DNA of 64,000 nucleotides, from NCBI RefSeq assembly GCF_963921235.1, contig NC_086097.1, forward strand, positions 85,996,001-86,060,000, written 5' to 3'. Source of the stretch: Mobula hypostoma. Taxonomy: Eukaryota. Of the stretch, positions 1 through 12,429 are shown in pieces; the first letter of the stretch is position 1, and the number at the start of each line of letters is the position of its first letter. A program made the translations under genes and the position numbers. The notes beneath the pieces are model-generated. The model was given only the letters and a program-made list of their open reading frames with translations. It was not told the origin of the DNA and ran no database searches.

Positions 1-179
1 GGCTTGGGAGCTACAAGCTCAGCGACACTCTGCCTTCCGCTGCTGTTTGTTTTCCTCAGGCAGCCCCTCAATAGTGAAGGGGATCGCTTCCACTCTGCTT
101 CTGTGGTTCTCAGACTGACGAATGAGGGCAGTGTGGTGACCACACACCATGGGTGGGACTGCAGGTGCTTGATGGGTTG

Positions 180-880
180 TTTGGGAGCTGGTGCACCCTT
201 CCACTGTTTACACAGGATTCTCTGTACTCCCAGAGAACGGATGGAAGGAATGCACCATCCCCGAAACAACCTATGCCACCTGCCCCTTAGATGCTCCTCT
301 GTCTTGAGTGACCAGGGGATGATGTCCCAAAAGTTGGTGGGAATGTTACACCCTTTCAAGGAGGTCTTCAATGCCATTGAATCGTTTTGTCTGTGAAGCT
401 GGTCATCTCTTGCCAGTCAGTACGACGTAGCCTGCACAGTGGATCTGCCTAGGTACCCAGAGCTTTAGTATAACGACAATGTGAATGATGGGTGTGTGGG
501 CCTGAGAAAGGACGCTGATGTTAGTCTGCTTATCTATCTGGTGGATTTATAGTGCTTGGTGTAAAAGTCTCTGTGGTATCTGCTCAAAGTTCTAGGTTCC
601 TATGGTAGGTAGTCCACGACTCCAAAGTGTGCAACAGGGCAGGGTTCACTACTACCTAGTAGTCCATGAGCTTTAGGCTCTTAATCTTTAGTTACACTTT
701 TCTTCAGTCAGCCAAAGACTATGATGAAGCACCAAAGGCAATAATGCATTTCATCACTAATGTCTAGCCATTGACAGATGGTTCCTAAGATAAAAGAAGT
801 GGTCCATGTTTTCCAGGAGGTTTTATTTGGGGTGGGGAGGGTGTTGTATTGTAGGATCAGGTTGGTAAAAGACAGATGTT
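180..880 (-). mobile_element. Degraded RTE-clade LINE, 3' part of ORF
   Basis: The minus strand gives frameshifted remnants resembling the RTE C-terminus (KRF..LK..L..CNIP..W...DR..W pattern around 270-395) plus upstream RT-thumb-like sequence. Many disablements. Confidence 0.55.
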
Positions 881-1160
881 ACCTGTAAGATCCTCTCAAA
901 TGCTTGTGGCTTCCTCCCATCTTCCTTCAGTCCCCCTCCCTTCAACCTTTAATCTTGGCCAAACAGCAGGATGCAAGAGGGAGGGGGGAGATAAAGGACT
1001 TAGATGGTGGGGGGGAGGGTGGAATGTGATTGAGGCATTGAGGGGTAAGAGACTTGAGAGCAAGCAGAATTGAGCCAAAAAAGTGTTAAGGTGATGATAG
1101 ATGGGTGGGGCAAGGAGGAGGCAGTGGGAGAGGGCGTGAGGGCATCTCCATTCAAATCCA

Positions 1161-1162
<2 letters not shown>

Positions 1163-1192
<30 letters not shown>
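1163..1192. repeat. (TG)n microsatellite
   Basis: About 15 perfect TG units, seen directly. Confidence 0.97.
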
Positions 1193-1196
<4 letters not shown>

Positions 1197-1239
1197 GCTG
1201 TGTCCATGCAGCAGAACTTGGTCTGCAATTGAATTGGGG

Positions 1240-2128
1240 TCAAGATGGCGTCGAGTTGTGGTTTCCATCGAGGTTGCAGCTCAGATTTATCTTAAATTTG
1301 TTTTCGTGTTCTTAGTTCATAGGGATTGTTTTGGAGGCTGAGATGGGTGTTAGGGGTCAAGTTAGGTCTTCGGGGTCTGTGGGGTATTAGGGGACAGGTC
1401 AGAGACTAAGCCTCCTCTCCGTGTCTGACAGTGACAACATGGTCCTGGTCAAATGCTGGGTTAGTAGACCAGTGAGGATGAGGGATTATAGCACCAGCAC
1501 ACCCCCCACTCCTGCTCCCGCCCCAGGTCAATGAGTTGTTGGTGTGACCTGTGATTGGAGTTCCCTGCGAGCAGGAGATGTGAGTGCTGGTGAACCTCTA
1601 GGTATATACGCAAGGCAGCAAGACTAGAGGTGGAGGGCCCGTCACTGGTGAGCCTGGAGATTGGGTCCTCACTTGCTGTCACTGGCAAAACCTAGGTTGA
1701 TACTGAAGATCAAAGCCCGAAGGTCGTTTGGAAGTCCAGATCGAAACCTGAAGTTCAATCAGAAGTCCAGAAGTCGAGGCCCAATTATTGGAGTTGAGTT
1801 TGCAGACCCCTGCAAGTCCAATGGGGAAATTGAAGGCCCAGTGTTTGTGAATCCATGAGTCCTCTAGAGGCTGGATACTAAAGACAGCCTGTCTTGGGGG
1901 TTAGAGGACTCTTGTATGTGCATGGGCGGTTGGGTGGGTGGGAGTGAGGTAGGAATGGGGCTTGTTTTGCTGTTGTTGCTTTGTCACATGGTAGGTGTTG
2001 TCTTGTTGTGTTTTGTATTGTCCCGCCAAGCATTGTGGACATACTACATTGGTACTAGGATGTGTGGTAGTCCCTTGCGGGCTGCTCCCAGCACATGCTT
2101 GGGCGAGTTGGTTGTTACACAAATCTGA
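1240..2128 (+). repeat. Unclassified interspersed repeat (non-autonomous retroposon-like)
   Basis: Starts with CAAGATGGCG. Its 3' part (~2000-2125) is the approximate reverse complement of 51665-51795, so it is repeated within the window. Confidence 0.45.
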
Positions 2129-3066
2129 ATTTATCAAGACATCACCTATGGGGAATCTTCCACTCCTCCGCTGTTCTGGCCTACCCGAATTAGACAGATG
2201 TCCATGATTATGCCCAGATGCGGGCATGTAGCTGGCCGCTTGGCATTAGAGCTGGAGATCAATGTGAATTGTTGTCTTCAGGCAAGTTTAGAAGAGATTC
2301 GAGGTGATAAAATTGCTTCAGAAAATGTTAATTTTAGTAGCATCACTGAATGTGCCCACCTTGTTTTGTAAATAATGCGGAGTTCCTGTTTAGTAATAAA
2401 GAGGCACTGCTGGGGTTTGCAATGCTGTTTGCCAGTGTTTTTCCTAGCTATTATTCCTGTTGATATTAGACGACCAAGCAAGAGGTGGTAGCAGTTAATC
2501 TAATTCTACTAATCACTACTTTCAACAGCTAAGTTTAATAACAAGGCTAGACGATCACCTGCGAGGCAACAAGACAGAGAATCAATAGCTTCCTCTGATT
2601 CATTTTTGTGGAGCTACCACTGAGCACTTAAATTGGAATACTCATGCCTTCTGAGATGGTGACAACTCCTTGTTGTTACTTGGCCGGCGCAGGAGCTGAG
2701 TATCCTCGTTTGACAAGGAACTGCAGAATGCTGGCAATTCATGGCAATTTTCCTTTGCAACTCATGCTGAAATGTGTGGCTTTCAAACAGCAAGATTGCT
2801 CAGAGGACAATTTAATTAGAAGTTTGTTAATTATAGACTAAACAGTCTTTTTATTAAAAGAATTAGTTTTACAGACTTTATTTTTCTGCTAAGCAACACA
2901 AGTTTTTGGCAATATCAGCAATGAACCATGAAAAAGAAAATCAAGGGGGCACTTATACAGTATTTTCATCAATCAAGTGATTTTTAAAAATGTATTCTCA
3001 TTCTATCAAGCACTATTTTTATAGCAGCCCCACCTTAACCCATTTTAGTTTCCCTATATTCCCATG

Positions 3067-3446
3067 TTTGGTGGCGGGGTGGAGATATGTCTCTACCAAA
3101 GGAGATGTAAAGTGTTCCTTCCCTCTGCTAGCCTGCAGGTCATCCTTGAGCAGGGTGTAGCACCTGCTTAAGCCCCCTTCTTGACCTTCAGGGTCACGTG
3201 AAGCCATAGGAGCACGTGGTGGATGGTTGTATGAGCAGCCGGCGCGTATCATAATCCCCGGTTATGGGACCACTGATGCCAGGCAGAGCATCTCTGAAGA
3301 GTACTGATAATGGCTGGGGTCAACCATGCTGTAAAGACACTGCCCAGAAGAAGGCAATGGCAAAACAATTCTGTAGAAAAATTTGCCAAGAGCAATCATG
3401 GTCATGGGACCATGATCACCTACATCACATAATGATGATGATGGTA
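3067..3446 (+). mobile_element. Short retroposon with structured 5' head, RTE-like segment and (ATG)n tail (copy 1)
   Basis: Near-perfect TSD ATATTCCCATG (3056-3066) / ATATTGCCATG (3447-3457). Contains GAAGAAGGCAATGGCAA, which resembles the RTE/BovB-derived motif of Bov-A-type SINEs. Second copy at 6732-7103. Confidence 0.75.
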
Positions 3447-3489
3447 ATATTGCCATGACCCCATGCACCTCCCCAGCCCATTATCACTC

Positions 3490-3790
3490 ACTAGGCACTT
3501 GGGGGCAATTGACTGTATATTTTAGGAATGGTAGAGGAAATTAGAGAACCAAGAGGAAAATAATGCATGCAAACTCCACATAGACAGCACCAGGGGTCAT
3601 GATTGCTGATCCCATTTTACTCTCTTATTCCCATCAAGTTCCCCAAGATTCTACTGCTTGCCTATACATTAGGGGCAATGTACAGTGGCTAGAAAACCTA
3701 CTAACTCACCCACATCTTTTGAATGTGGTGGGAAACCAGGGCACTTGGAGTAACCCACACAGTCACAGAGAGAATGTGCAAACTCTGCAC
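3490..3790 (-). mobile_element. V-SINE (HE1-like) fragments
   Basis: Reverse complement of the V-domain (GGAAAC..GAG..CC..GAGGAAA...GGAGAA..TGCAAACTCCAC) occurs twice. Confidence 0.55.
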
Positions 3791-3999
3791 AAAGTTTGGT
3801 GCCATTGCTTCACCTTTCCAGCACACTGGGCTATTCTTTCCCCATGCCCTGCTTTATCTCCCTCTGTTTATGCTCTTCCAAACAGGTCAGCTATGGTTAA
3901 CTAGACAGCACTGACGCAACTGCGTCAGCTGGACAAACTGGTTCTTGCCTCTACAGCAGGTATTTCTGTTTGTTCTCTCTACCGTTCTCCCTTTTCTTC

Positions 4000-4122
4000 A
4001 TCTACCAACTAGTACGTCTTTGGACTGTGGCTGGAAACTGGAGCACCCCGAGGAAACATGCTGTTACAGGGAGAACATACAAACTTCTTACTGGCAGCTG
4101 CGGGAATTCAGCCGGGGTCACC
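4000..4122 (-). mobile_element. V-SINE fragment
   Basis: GTCTTTGGACTGTGG..GGAAACTGGAGCACCCCGAGGAAAC..GGGAGAACATACAAACT is the V-domain in antisense. Confidence 0.65.
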
Positions 4123-4124
4123 GC

Positions 4125-4576
4125 TCTTCCTTCTCATGATCCTTCCGTGGGCCAATATGTTTTCTAACCAGAGGCACAGAGGTTGGCACCAACATCTGTT
4201 TGTCCTCTGTTGGGCAACGGTTCTTGGTGTTCAGCGTGGAGACAGCTGTGGCATTTTCCAGTATCTTTCTTTCTGTCAGCTCCATTTCAGGGGATGTGGC
4301 ATGCTAATGGTGGCTGGATCTCCAATCGAGGTGTAGTTGTCTCAGCCACTCACATCCTCATAATGTTGGCTTTCGTGTTTTTATCACATACAAGCTCAAT
4401 GTGGCTTGTTGGTTCTTGTATTTCACTGTCACAAATGTCATTCCCACAGGAGTTATCTTTCTCCAGTATAAGTTCTCAGTTGGATATTTGCAGGCTTCAG
4501 TTTCATATCTTTAAAATACTGTTCAAATTCATTTTTGGAATGACTGAAATTCTAATTCTATTTTAATTAATTTGTC
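4125..4576 (-). mobile_element. Gypsy-type LTR element internal fragment (protease region), second copy
   Basis: Colinear and highly similar to 10613-11066. Minus strand reads KLIKIELE / SVIPKNEFEQ...QLRTYTGEKITPVG...CEWLRQLHLDW. Confidence 0.8.
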
Positions 4577-5329
4577 CTAATGGTTTGCAATTCCGATAAT
4601 ATAGCACCACACCAGCCCTGCGCTTGTGTTCAGGTGAATGATTACACTGGTTACTTGTGAACAGGAACTGAGAATCAAAAATGTAAGGTTTTCCTTTTGA
4701 GAGAAAGAAATAGCAGGCGACATTGGTAGAAAAAGTGCTGGGAAAGAAGGCATGAGGAGAGTATTTAAAAGATTTTTCTCAAGTTGAAGGAGCACAGTGG
4801 ATTTTGGTGTGGCAGTAAGAAGTACAGGTTTAGGCAGACAATGCTCAGAGAGGAAAGTGGATGGTCCTGGTATGCAAGTAGATGTCATATTTAAAGCTCC
4901 TCTCAAAGTTGTGCTGAGTTATACCTATGCAAACAACTGCGAAATTGGACTTAGTGGAGTAGAGGTGGAAGATGAAATGTTCTGTTGAGTGACCTCTTGC
5001 CTATTCTCGTCTCCACTGGATTACACTAAGGAACCAAAGCCGTTAAATTTGACTGAGTTACTGTGGGACTACAATGAGTTACGGAGTGAATGCCTTGGAT
5101 GAGCTCACCGGACCATCCCCTGATGTCCAACGGCTCATCAGATCTTCTCAAACACATCCTCTAAATCTAGTAAGTAACTCATATCATGTAGTGTAAATGC
5201 CATCCAATAAAAATCCTTGTGTGACTTCTGAATAATCCATGGCGGGAAGGAATACAAGAAATTTGCCCCATTATCTTGCTTCCTCTTAGTAATCATATGC
5301 TTGCTTTACATTTCTCTTATTTTGTTATG

Positions 5330-6125
5330 AAGTAATGCAGCATCAAAACAGACCCTTTGGCCCGGCACATCTATTCTGATGCCACCAAGCTAGTCCCATT
5401 TGGATAATATCCCTGCAAACCACTCTTATCCATGTACTCATGCAAATGTACCTTCCTCAAGAACTTTGGCAGCTCATTCCATGTAAGCACACCCATTGTG
5501 TGAAGAGTTTGCCCCTCAAGTCCTTTGTAAATCTTTCACTTCTCACCTTAAACTTCTGCCCTCTAGTTTTTGTTACCATTTCCCAAAACATAGATAGTGC
5601 ATCTAATGACAGAAGCGTTAGAAGCTTCTAATGATTTTATACATCTCTGTATGGTCACCTCTCAGTCTCCAGCATTTCAGGGGATTAAACTCCGAGCTTG
5701 CCCGATCTCTCTTTATAATTTAGGCCCTAGAATTCTGGAAGCATCCCTGTAAATCTTTGCTGCATTTTTTTGTAGTTTAATGATGTCTTTCCTATAGCAT
5801 GGAAACCAAAACTGTACACATGCTCCAACTGGGGTCTCAAAAGTGTTGTACAACTTCAACATGATGTACTCAATGTCCTGATTGATGAAGTCAGCATACT
5901 AACCACCTTCTTCAACACCTTGTCCAGCTGTGACGTCACTTTCAGTGAACAATATACTTGTGCTCTTGTGTCCCTCTGTTTCACAACACTCCCTAGGGCC
6001 CAACCATGTGTTCTGTTTGTCATACCCTGGTTTCACTTTTCACTTGCCAAAATGCAATAGTTCACATGTGTCGAGACTGAAAGCCATTTGTCAATCTTTG
6101 GCCCACTTAGCTAGCTGATCAAGAT
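5330..6125 (-). mobile_element. CR1 LINE 3' fragment
   Basis: Antisense CR1 RT C-terminus (LE..VQFW.P...KD.I) and CR1-type 3' UTR. Confidence 0.7.
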
Positions 6126-6731
6126 CTCATACTGAGGTTGGCTTTAAATTCCGAATGAATGTTTGAGCTATATCTAAAGTTGTTGGGATGCTATTCTCTG
6201 AATGAGAGGAATTTGACAATAGTGGTCTGGGTCTTGGTGCAAAGTAAAACATGTCATTTCACAGCTTCTAATAAATCTAACACAAAGACATTGTTTGTAA
6301 CTAAGGGCCTAATTGACTATTAATGCTAGGGACTTAAATAAAGTTTACATATGAGATCTGCATACAGTGATCTCTTAGTGTTTCATCACTAATAACAGGT
6401 GCAGTATGAATCAATAGTTCTGAGTTATTAAGCTAATAGCACGGATAAACACAGCTAAAGTTCCATGGGGAAAATGGAATGGAACGATTTGCTAAACAGA
6501 TGACAAGAAGTAGGAGCTCAGAGGTTAGTATGAAGCACAGTCCAGCTGCCCAGAATGGCATGTAAATCTGAGTGTATATGCTTTTTTGTGCAATCATAAA
6601 AAAACTTGGTTGTGATTGCTGATGATTATTTTGAATGAAATGTTACTCACGGCCTCTGTGACTTGCCATCAGTATTGCTGATGTTGGTCACTGTCAGGCT
6701 TCAGTTCAAACAGATCACTGTCAACAAAACT

Positions 6732-7103
6732 GTCATCCATTTGTTTTGTACCATGTTGTATGGCGTTGGGTGATTATAGTCTTTCCATTGTTCTTGGCAA
6801 ATTTTCCTACAGAAGTGGTTTGCCATTGCCTTCTTCTGGGCAGTGATTTTACAAGACAAGTGAACTCAGCCATTATCGATTCAGAGATTGTCTGCCTGGC
6901 ATCAGTGGTCACATAACCAGGACTTGTGATATGCTCCAGCTGTGCACGCCACCCTTCATTTCCTGTTCTCTTGGCTTCAAGTGGCCATGTTTGTGGGGCT
7001 AAGCAGGTGCTACACCTTGCCCAAAGGTGACCTGCAGGGTAGCAGAGGGAGGGAGCGCCTTATACATCCTTTGATAGAGATGTGTCTCCACCCTGCCTCC
7101 CGG
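6732..7103 (-). mobile_element. Short retroposon with structured 5' head (copy 2)
   Basis: Perfect 10-bp TSD CAACAAAACT (6722-6731 / 7104-7113). The reverse complement aligns end to end with 3067-3446. Confidence 0.8.
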
Positions 7104-7252
7104 CAACAAAACTATAGGAAGAAAAAAAAACACAACCCCCAGTCAACATTTAAAATATTTTTATGGATTACAAAATACAGATTGCACCATTCACGGTAAG
7201 GATAAAATTTGAAGTACTAAAAATGAAATACAAATTCAATTAAGAATATTTA

Positions 7253-8094
7253 ATAAGAAACTAGGAATGAGATTTTTAAATTGGTTAATACTTCATCACT
7301 ATGTGCTCGTCATTCCCTCCTACAATTTAAGGTGATTCATAGGGCTTATATGACCAAGGATAAGTTATCTCGTTTTTATAGGGATATATCTTCCTACTGT
7401 GATAGATGTTACAATGGAGAAGCTTCACTTACTTATATGTTTTGGATGTGCCCAGGTCTTGGAAGATATTGGAAGGAAGTATTCCAAACTTTTTCTGTAT
7501 TCTTTACAGTAAATTTTAAGCCTAATCCTTTGACTGCCCTATTTGGTATTGTCAGAGGGAAAGGTATCATTTGAAGACATCTGATCTGCACATTTTGGCT
7601 TTTATCACTCTTATGGCTTGAAGGGTGCTTTTGTTTAAACAGAAGGATACTGTTCTGTCTAATCATGCTTAGTGGTTACGGGATGTTATGGCATGCCTAT
7701 ATTTACAGACTTTTGTAGAAAAGATTCGTTGTTCAATTTCTGAATCTAACCAAGATTTTCAAAATTTGTGGAGGCCGTTTTTAAATTATTTTCATAATCT
7801 TTGATTTCTTGTTAAAGAACAGAAGTTGATTAATAGTATATTTTATTATCTGATAAGTTTTTTTTCTTTTTTTTCCCAAACAGCTTCGACTTTGGTAGTG
7901 GGAGTAGATCTTTTTTTAAATAAAATTGTTTATATTCTAATATACGAATTAATCTAATCCATATGAATATAGAGTAAGGAGTTCATTAATGTGATTCAAT
8001 ATACTGTATCTGGTATTTTTTTTTGTTTTATAATGTGTATTCTCTTGAACTCTGTATTCTTCTATATAGAAATCAATTAAAAAATTGGAAAAGG
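7253..8094 (+). mobile_element. 5'-truncated L1-clade LINE (ORF2 C-terminal zinc-finger region plus 3' UTR)
   Basis: ORF 7281-7574 reads QFKVIHRAY...CDRC......LTYMFWMCP, an L1 ORF2 CCHC-type motif. A-rich end. 11-bp TSD AAGAATATTTA (7242-7252 / 8095-8105). Confidence 0.85.
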
Positions 8095-8916
8095 AAGAAT
8101 ATTTATACGAGGAATTTCAAATCACACACACACAATATTTGTTTTTAGAGCTTAAAATTAATTATGGTTTGGTAATCTTACAGTGAGACCAGTTTGTAAA
8201 TTCTTGTCAGATTTCTTCGATGGAAGCGGAGCAGGCTGCAAAACAGCACGGCCTTCAGTTTACAATCTGAGGTGCTGGAAGGTGCAGGAGTATGTGTTAG
8301 AAGCTTGGTGCAACCACTGCATAGGCTCTGAGGTGAAAGACCACAGCAGAAGCTCCTACCACACTGGTCATTGAAGGACTGGGCTCTCAGTAACATCTTC
8401 TTAAATGTCTTATTGATGAACTGTTTAATGATGAAACAGAAGTGAAGGTAATATATCCCAAGAGTGCACTCTTCAGAGAGAGTAGTGATGGAGAAAACAA
8501 GAAAAAACATTTTGGGAAAATTACTTTCTATGTTTGGTTTTATATTTACTCCGTACTGAGATGTGGACACCGCATAGTAAATTCTTTTGTAGTGGATGTT
8601 TAATCTCAACCTCGGATGGTTGTAGAGCCCAGATCTTTGCAATATTTAAGATGGAGATAGATATATTTATGACAGATAAGGGACTTGAGGACTATAGGGA
8701 GCTGGCACTGAAAAGGAGATGAAACCTGGGATCAACCAACCATGATCATTTTGCATGGGAATGCAGGCTTGAGGGCCAAATACCCTAACGCTCCTCCTAT
8801 TTTCCAGTGCCCTTGTTGGCATTGCCTCATTTGTTATCTACCTCTAATTGCTCCTGAACTGAGAAGGCGATTGAGGGCAAATCACATTTGTGGAGTTCCA
8901 AACAGATCAGACTGGA

Positions 8917-9001
8917 CAACACATACAAAATGCTGGAGGAACTCAGCAGGTAAGGCAACATCTCTGGAAATGAATAAACAGTTGACATTTTGGGCCGAGA
9001 C
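8917..9001 (-). mobile_element. Penelope-like element pLTR fragment
   Basis: CAACACATACAAAATGCTGGAGGAACTCAGCAGG...GTTGACATTTTGGGCCGAGAC, the same family as 45033-45233 and 61383. Only half of the hammerhead core is left. Confidence 0.65.
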
Positions 9002-9251
9002 GCATAAGAGAACAATTGTGTACATTGCTAAACCAATGTTTGCTTTCCATCCCTGAAAACTATGTTTTTTATATTAATTTGAGATTTATTACATTGCTTG
9101 ATCATTGAAAATTATCAACTGGTTTGGTGAGATATGACCTTGTACTTCTGAATCAATGGTCCAGAATGATAGCAATCAGTGACTCAACCAGTATACCACA
9201 ATGCTCAGGAGGTCTACTGTAATTTTGGATAGGTAGTATATAGTGATACAC

Positions 9252-9462
9252 CACTGTCTGTAAGGAGTTTGTATGTTCTCCCTGTGGCTATGTAGGTTTC
9301 ATCCAAGTGCTCCAGTTTCCTCCAGTCCAAAGACATACTTGTTGGTAGATTAACTGGTCATTGTACATTATCCTGTAATGAGGCTAGGGTTAAATCAGGG
9401 GTTGCAAAGCAGCACAGCCTGAAGGGCTGTAGGTGCCTACTCCGCACTGTATCTCAATAAAA
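9252..9462 (+). mobile_element. V-SINE (HE1-like), 5'-truncated
   Basis: V-domain GAGTTTGTATGTTCTCCCTGTG..GGTTTC..GTGCTCCAGTTTCCTCC..TCCAAAGAC and a CR1-like tail ending CTGTATCTCAATAAA. Confidence 0.75.
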
Positions 9463-10083
9463 AATTATATACTTTGATAATTTACTTTGAGCTTCAAACT
9501 AGATTGTGTGTGTGATGCAAATAGGCTGCTACTGAAGGACTAACCAGTTTAACAGCATGGCCTCTGAACCTCAATCATGTTAATAAGTATACAAAGAGGC
9601 ACCCATTTGCTTAATCCTTATTTTAGGTACACAGCCAATTTCAAGTTCGGGCTCACTAACTGAAGTGGCAGAAAAATCAGCCAATTATTTTCATTCAAAA
9701 GCACACAAGTTGGCTATGTCATGGTTTAAGCAATTCAGCAACTTTCAGTTTGTTCACAGTCAGCCATTTTGTCAGAGAACAACTCATGAGGTTTCTGGTA
9801 GACGAATTGTTCAAAAGGCCCCAAGCTAACTCTAGTGACAGCAAATTAAAATAAGTACATTCCAACAGCTTTCTAAAACTTGAGGAAATAATAATTTACT
9901 TCATGTTGTTATACCGATCTGAGTGTTGGAACATGCAAAATGTCAGCAAAATATTCCAATGACAAGAGTAACCTGATTTAGAAATAATGCATGCTGTAAG
10001 TGCAAAGAAACAAGAATACTATCTTAATGACAGGCAAGTAATAATGCTTGTGGTTCAGTACACCACTGTGAAGGGTTGGATAT

Positions 10084-12418
10084 TTTTATGTTCTGTAATT
10101 TCAAAACATTAAAATAATTCAAAAGAAGAGAAGGGAATCTGAAACATGGGTGTAACATTGTCTTTAAGTGAGGCACGCAAGTATCACGTGGTAGTGTGAT
10201 GATGTAGGTAATTGGATATTTTTACATATAACTCAAAGTTAATTATTTAAATGAACACGAATGGTTCATCTATGTATATACACACACACACTCAAGATAA
10301 TTGAAATATTAAATACACAACATTCCTCTCTGCTTAGCTATAAACTCTATAACAATGTAGATTGCATCTCCAATATATACACAGCATATTATATAATACA
10401 ACTGCTACATACACACAGCCATAGCAGAGTAAATTTTAAATTGTTCTATTCTGGAGGATTGCTTCCTCTTGTGGGATAATGTCTATCCTGACAAAGGGAA
10501 TCACCCTACATGGGAGGTGAGACTCGTGGCTATGAAACAATCTCGGGTCCTGGGGCCTCCTCCATGGTGGTTGTAGGAGTTGATTCGGAGACTGTAGAAA
10601 GTGAATCTGATAGCTCCTTTCTCGTTGTCCTTCGGTGGTCTGATATGCTTTCTAATCAGAGGCACAGAGGTTGCCACCAACATCGGTTTGTCCTCTGTTG
10701 GGCAACAGTTCACGGTGTTCAGCGTGGAGACAGCTGTGGCATTTTCCAGTATCTTTCTTTCAGTCAGCTTCATTTCAGGGGATGTGGCATGCAAATGGTG
10801 GCTGGATCTCCAATCGAGGTGTAGCTGTCTCAGCCACTCACATCCTCACAATGTTGGCTTTCCTGCTTTAATCACATACAAGCTCAATGTGGCTTGTTGG
10901 TTCTTGTATTTCACTGTCACAAATGTCATTCCCACAGGAGTTATCTTTTCGCTGGTGTAAGTTCTTAGTTGGATATTTGCAAGCTTCAGTTTCGTATCTT
11001 TAAAATGCTGTTCAAATTCATTTTTTGTAATGACTGAAATTCCAATTCCAATTAAATTAATTTGCCATTCATTTCAGGCATATGCCATATTGCTTGTCTG
11101 TTGTTAATTTTCACACTGTAAATTTCAAGGCTACAGAATCATGTGTTACTCTCATCACTATCAGATTTTTCATCAGCAGTATGCAGATTAGTGCTCTCTT
11201 TCAAACTGCAAGTTGACTGTTTAGCATTGTCCCTTTTTTGTGCCGACAATTTATTATTGTCTGCTTGACGTGCTCTTTGTATGCATCCTACTTTGTTGCA
11301 TTTTATGCAAGTTTCACCTTTAAATCTACATTTGTTTGGTGCATGTGAGCCCCTTCTACAAGAGTAACACAATTTGTTCAGCAAGGCCGGTTTCTGTTTA
11401 GACATTGCAATTTTGTTCATGCTTACTTTCATTCCTGAATGCAATTCAATTGCATCTCTATCTGCGGTTTCTATTGAAACAGTGATGTCCACTGTTTTTT
11501 TTAAATGTAAGCTGTGATTCAATACGAAGCCACTTTTGAATGTTTTCTTTGAAGATCCCACAAACGAAACGATCTCTCAATGCATCATTAAGACCATTAC
11601 AGAACTGACAATGCTCAGACAACATCTTCTATTCAGCCACTTATGGTGAAATGGACTCTCCTTCCTTTTGATTCCACTTATGAAATCTAAAGTGTTCTGC
11701 AATCAACAATGGCTTGGGTTCTAAGTGTTCCTGCACCACTTTTTACAATAGTAGCAAACCTCATTTCTGACGGCTTGGTTGGAGCAGTCAAATGTTGAAG
11801 GAAACTATATGCCTTTAACCCTAATGCACTTAGCAAATTTGGTACTCACTTCTCAGTGGTTCTTTCATTTGCTTCAAGATACTGTTCCAATACCTCATTA
11901 TACATGAGTCAATTATCCACTGTGTAATCAAACTCGTCTATTTTTCTGACGTATCCAGCCATTTCAGATTTTTTTTAAATGATTATTATCACCCGGTACT
12001 CACTCTTTATGACACCGTGAGCTCCTCTGTTTACAGCTATTTTCAAAACTCCAGTTCTCTCCATGTTTCTTTTAGGCTCAACTGTTCTTAGCAGTGTTTT
12101 ATTTTATTTCACTGTCCTTTAATAGGTTGCTAGCCTCTCAGGTTCATTTTAAAAAACCCTTATTGCCAATGTTAAGTTTTGTAACTTCAAAACATTGAAT
12201 AAATTCAAAAGAGGACAAAAGAGTATGAAATGTGGGTGTAACTTTCTCTTCAGTTTAAGCAAGGCATGCATATATCACATGGCAGTGGGATGACATAGGC
12301 CATTACATATTTTTATATATAACTTGTAATTAATTATTTAAACTAACAAGAATGCTTAATTAACCAATGTATTTACACAAGATTACTCAAATATAACTGG
12401 AATATTAAATACAGAACA
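10084..12418 (-). mobile_element. Internally deleted Gypsy-type LTR retrotransposon (gag, defective protease, no RT/RNase H seen)
   Basis: Direct repeats 10084-10322 and 12170-12418 (TG...CA ends, one terminus mutated). 5-bp TSD GATAT (10079-10083 / 12419-12423). Minus-strand PBS-like TGGCAATAAGG at 12158-12168 and PPT-like AAGCAGAGAGGAA before the 3' LTR. Gag zinc knuckle CYSCRRGSHAPNKC in ORF 11139-11561. Confidence 0.88.
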
Positions 12419-12429
12419 GATATGTTACC

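Noticed and set aside
3070..3175. Canonical HDV-like ribozyme in the short retroposon head
   Set aside because: P1/P2-like pairings can be drawn, but L3 and the J4/2 catalytic C-containing linker do not fit. Kept only as an unassigned structured RNA.
4577..5110. Short ORFs on both strands after the Gypsy fragment
   Set aside because: No recognisable protein motif, in-frame stops, and no splice support.
8178..8642. 154-aa minus-strand ORF
   Set aside because: No recognisable homology, a non-ATG start, and composition consistent with a chance ORF.
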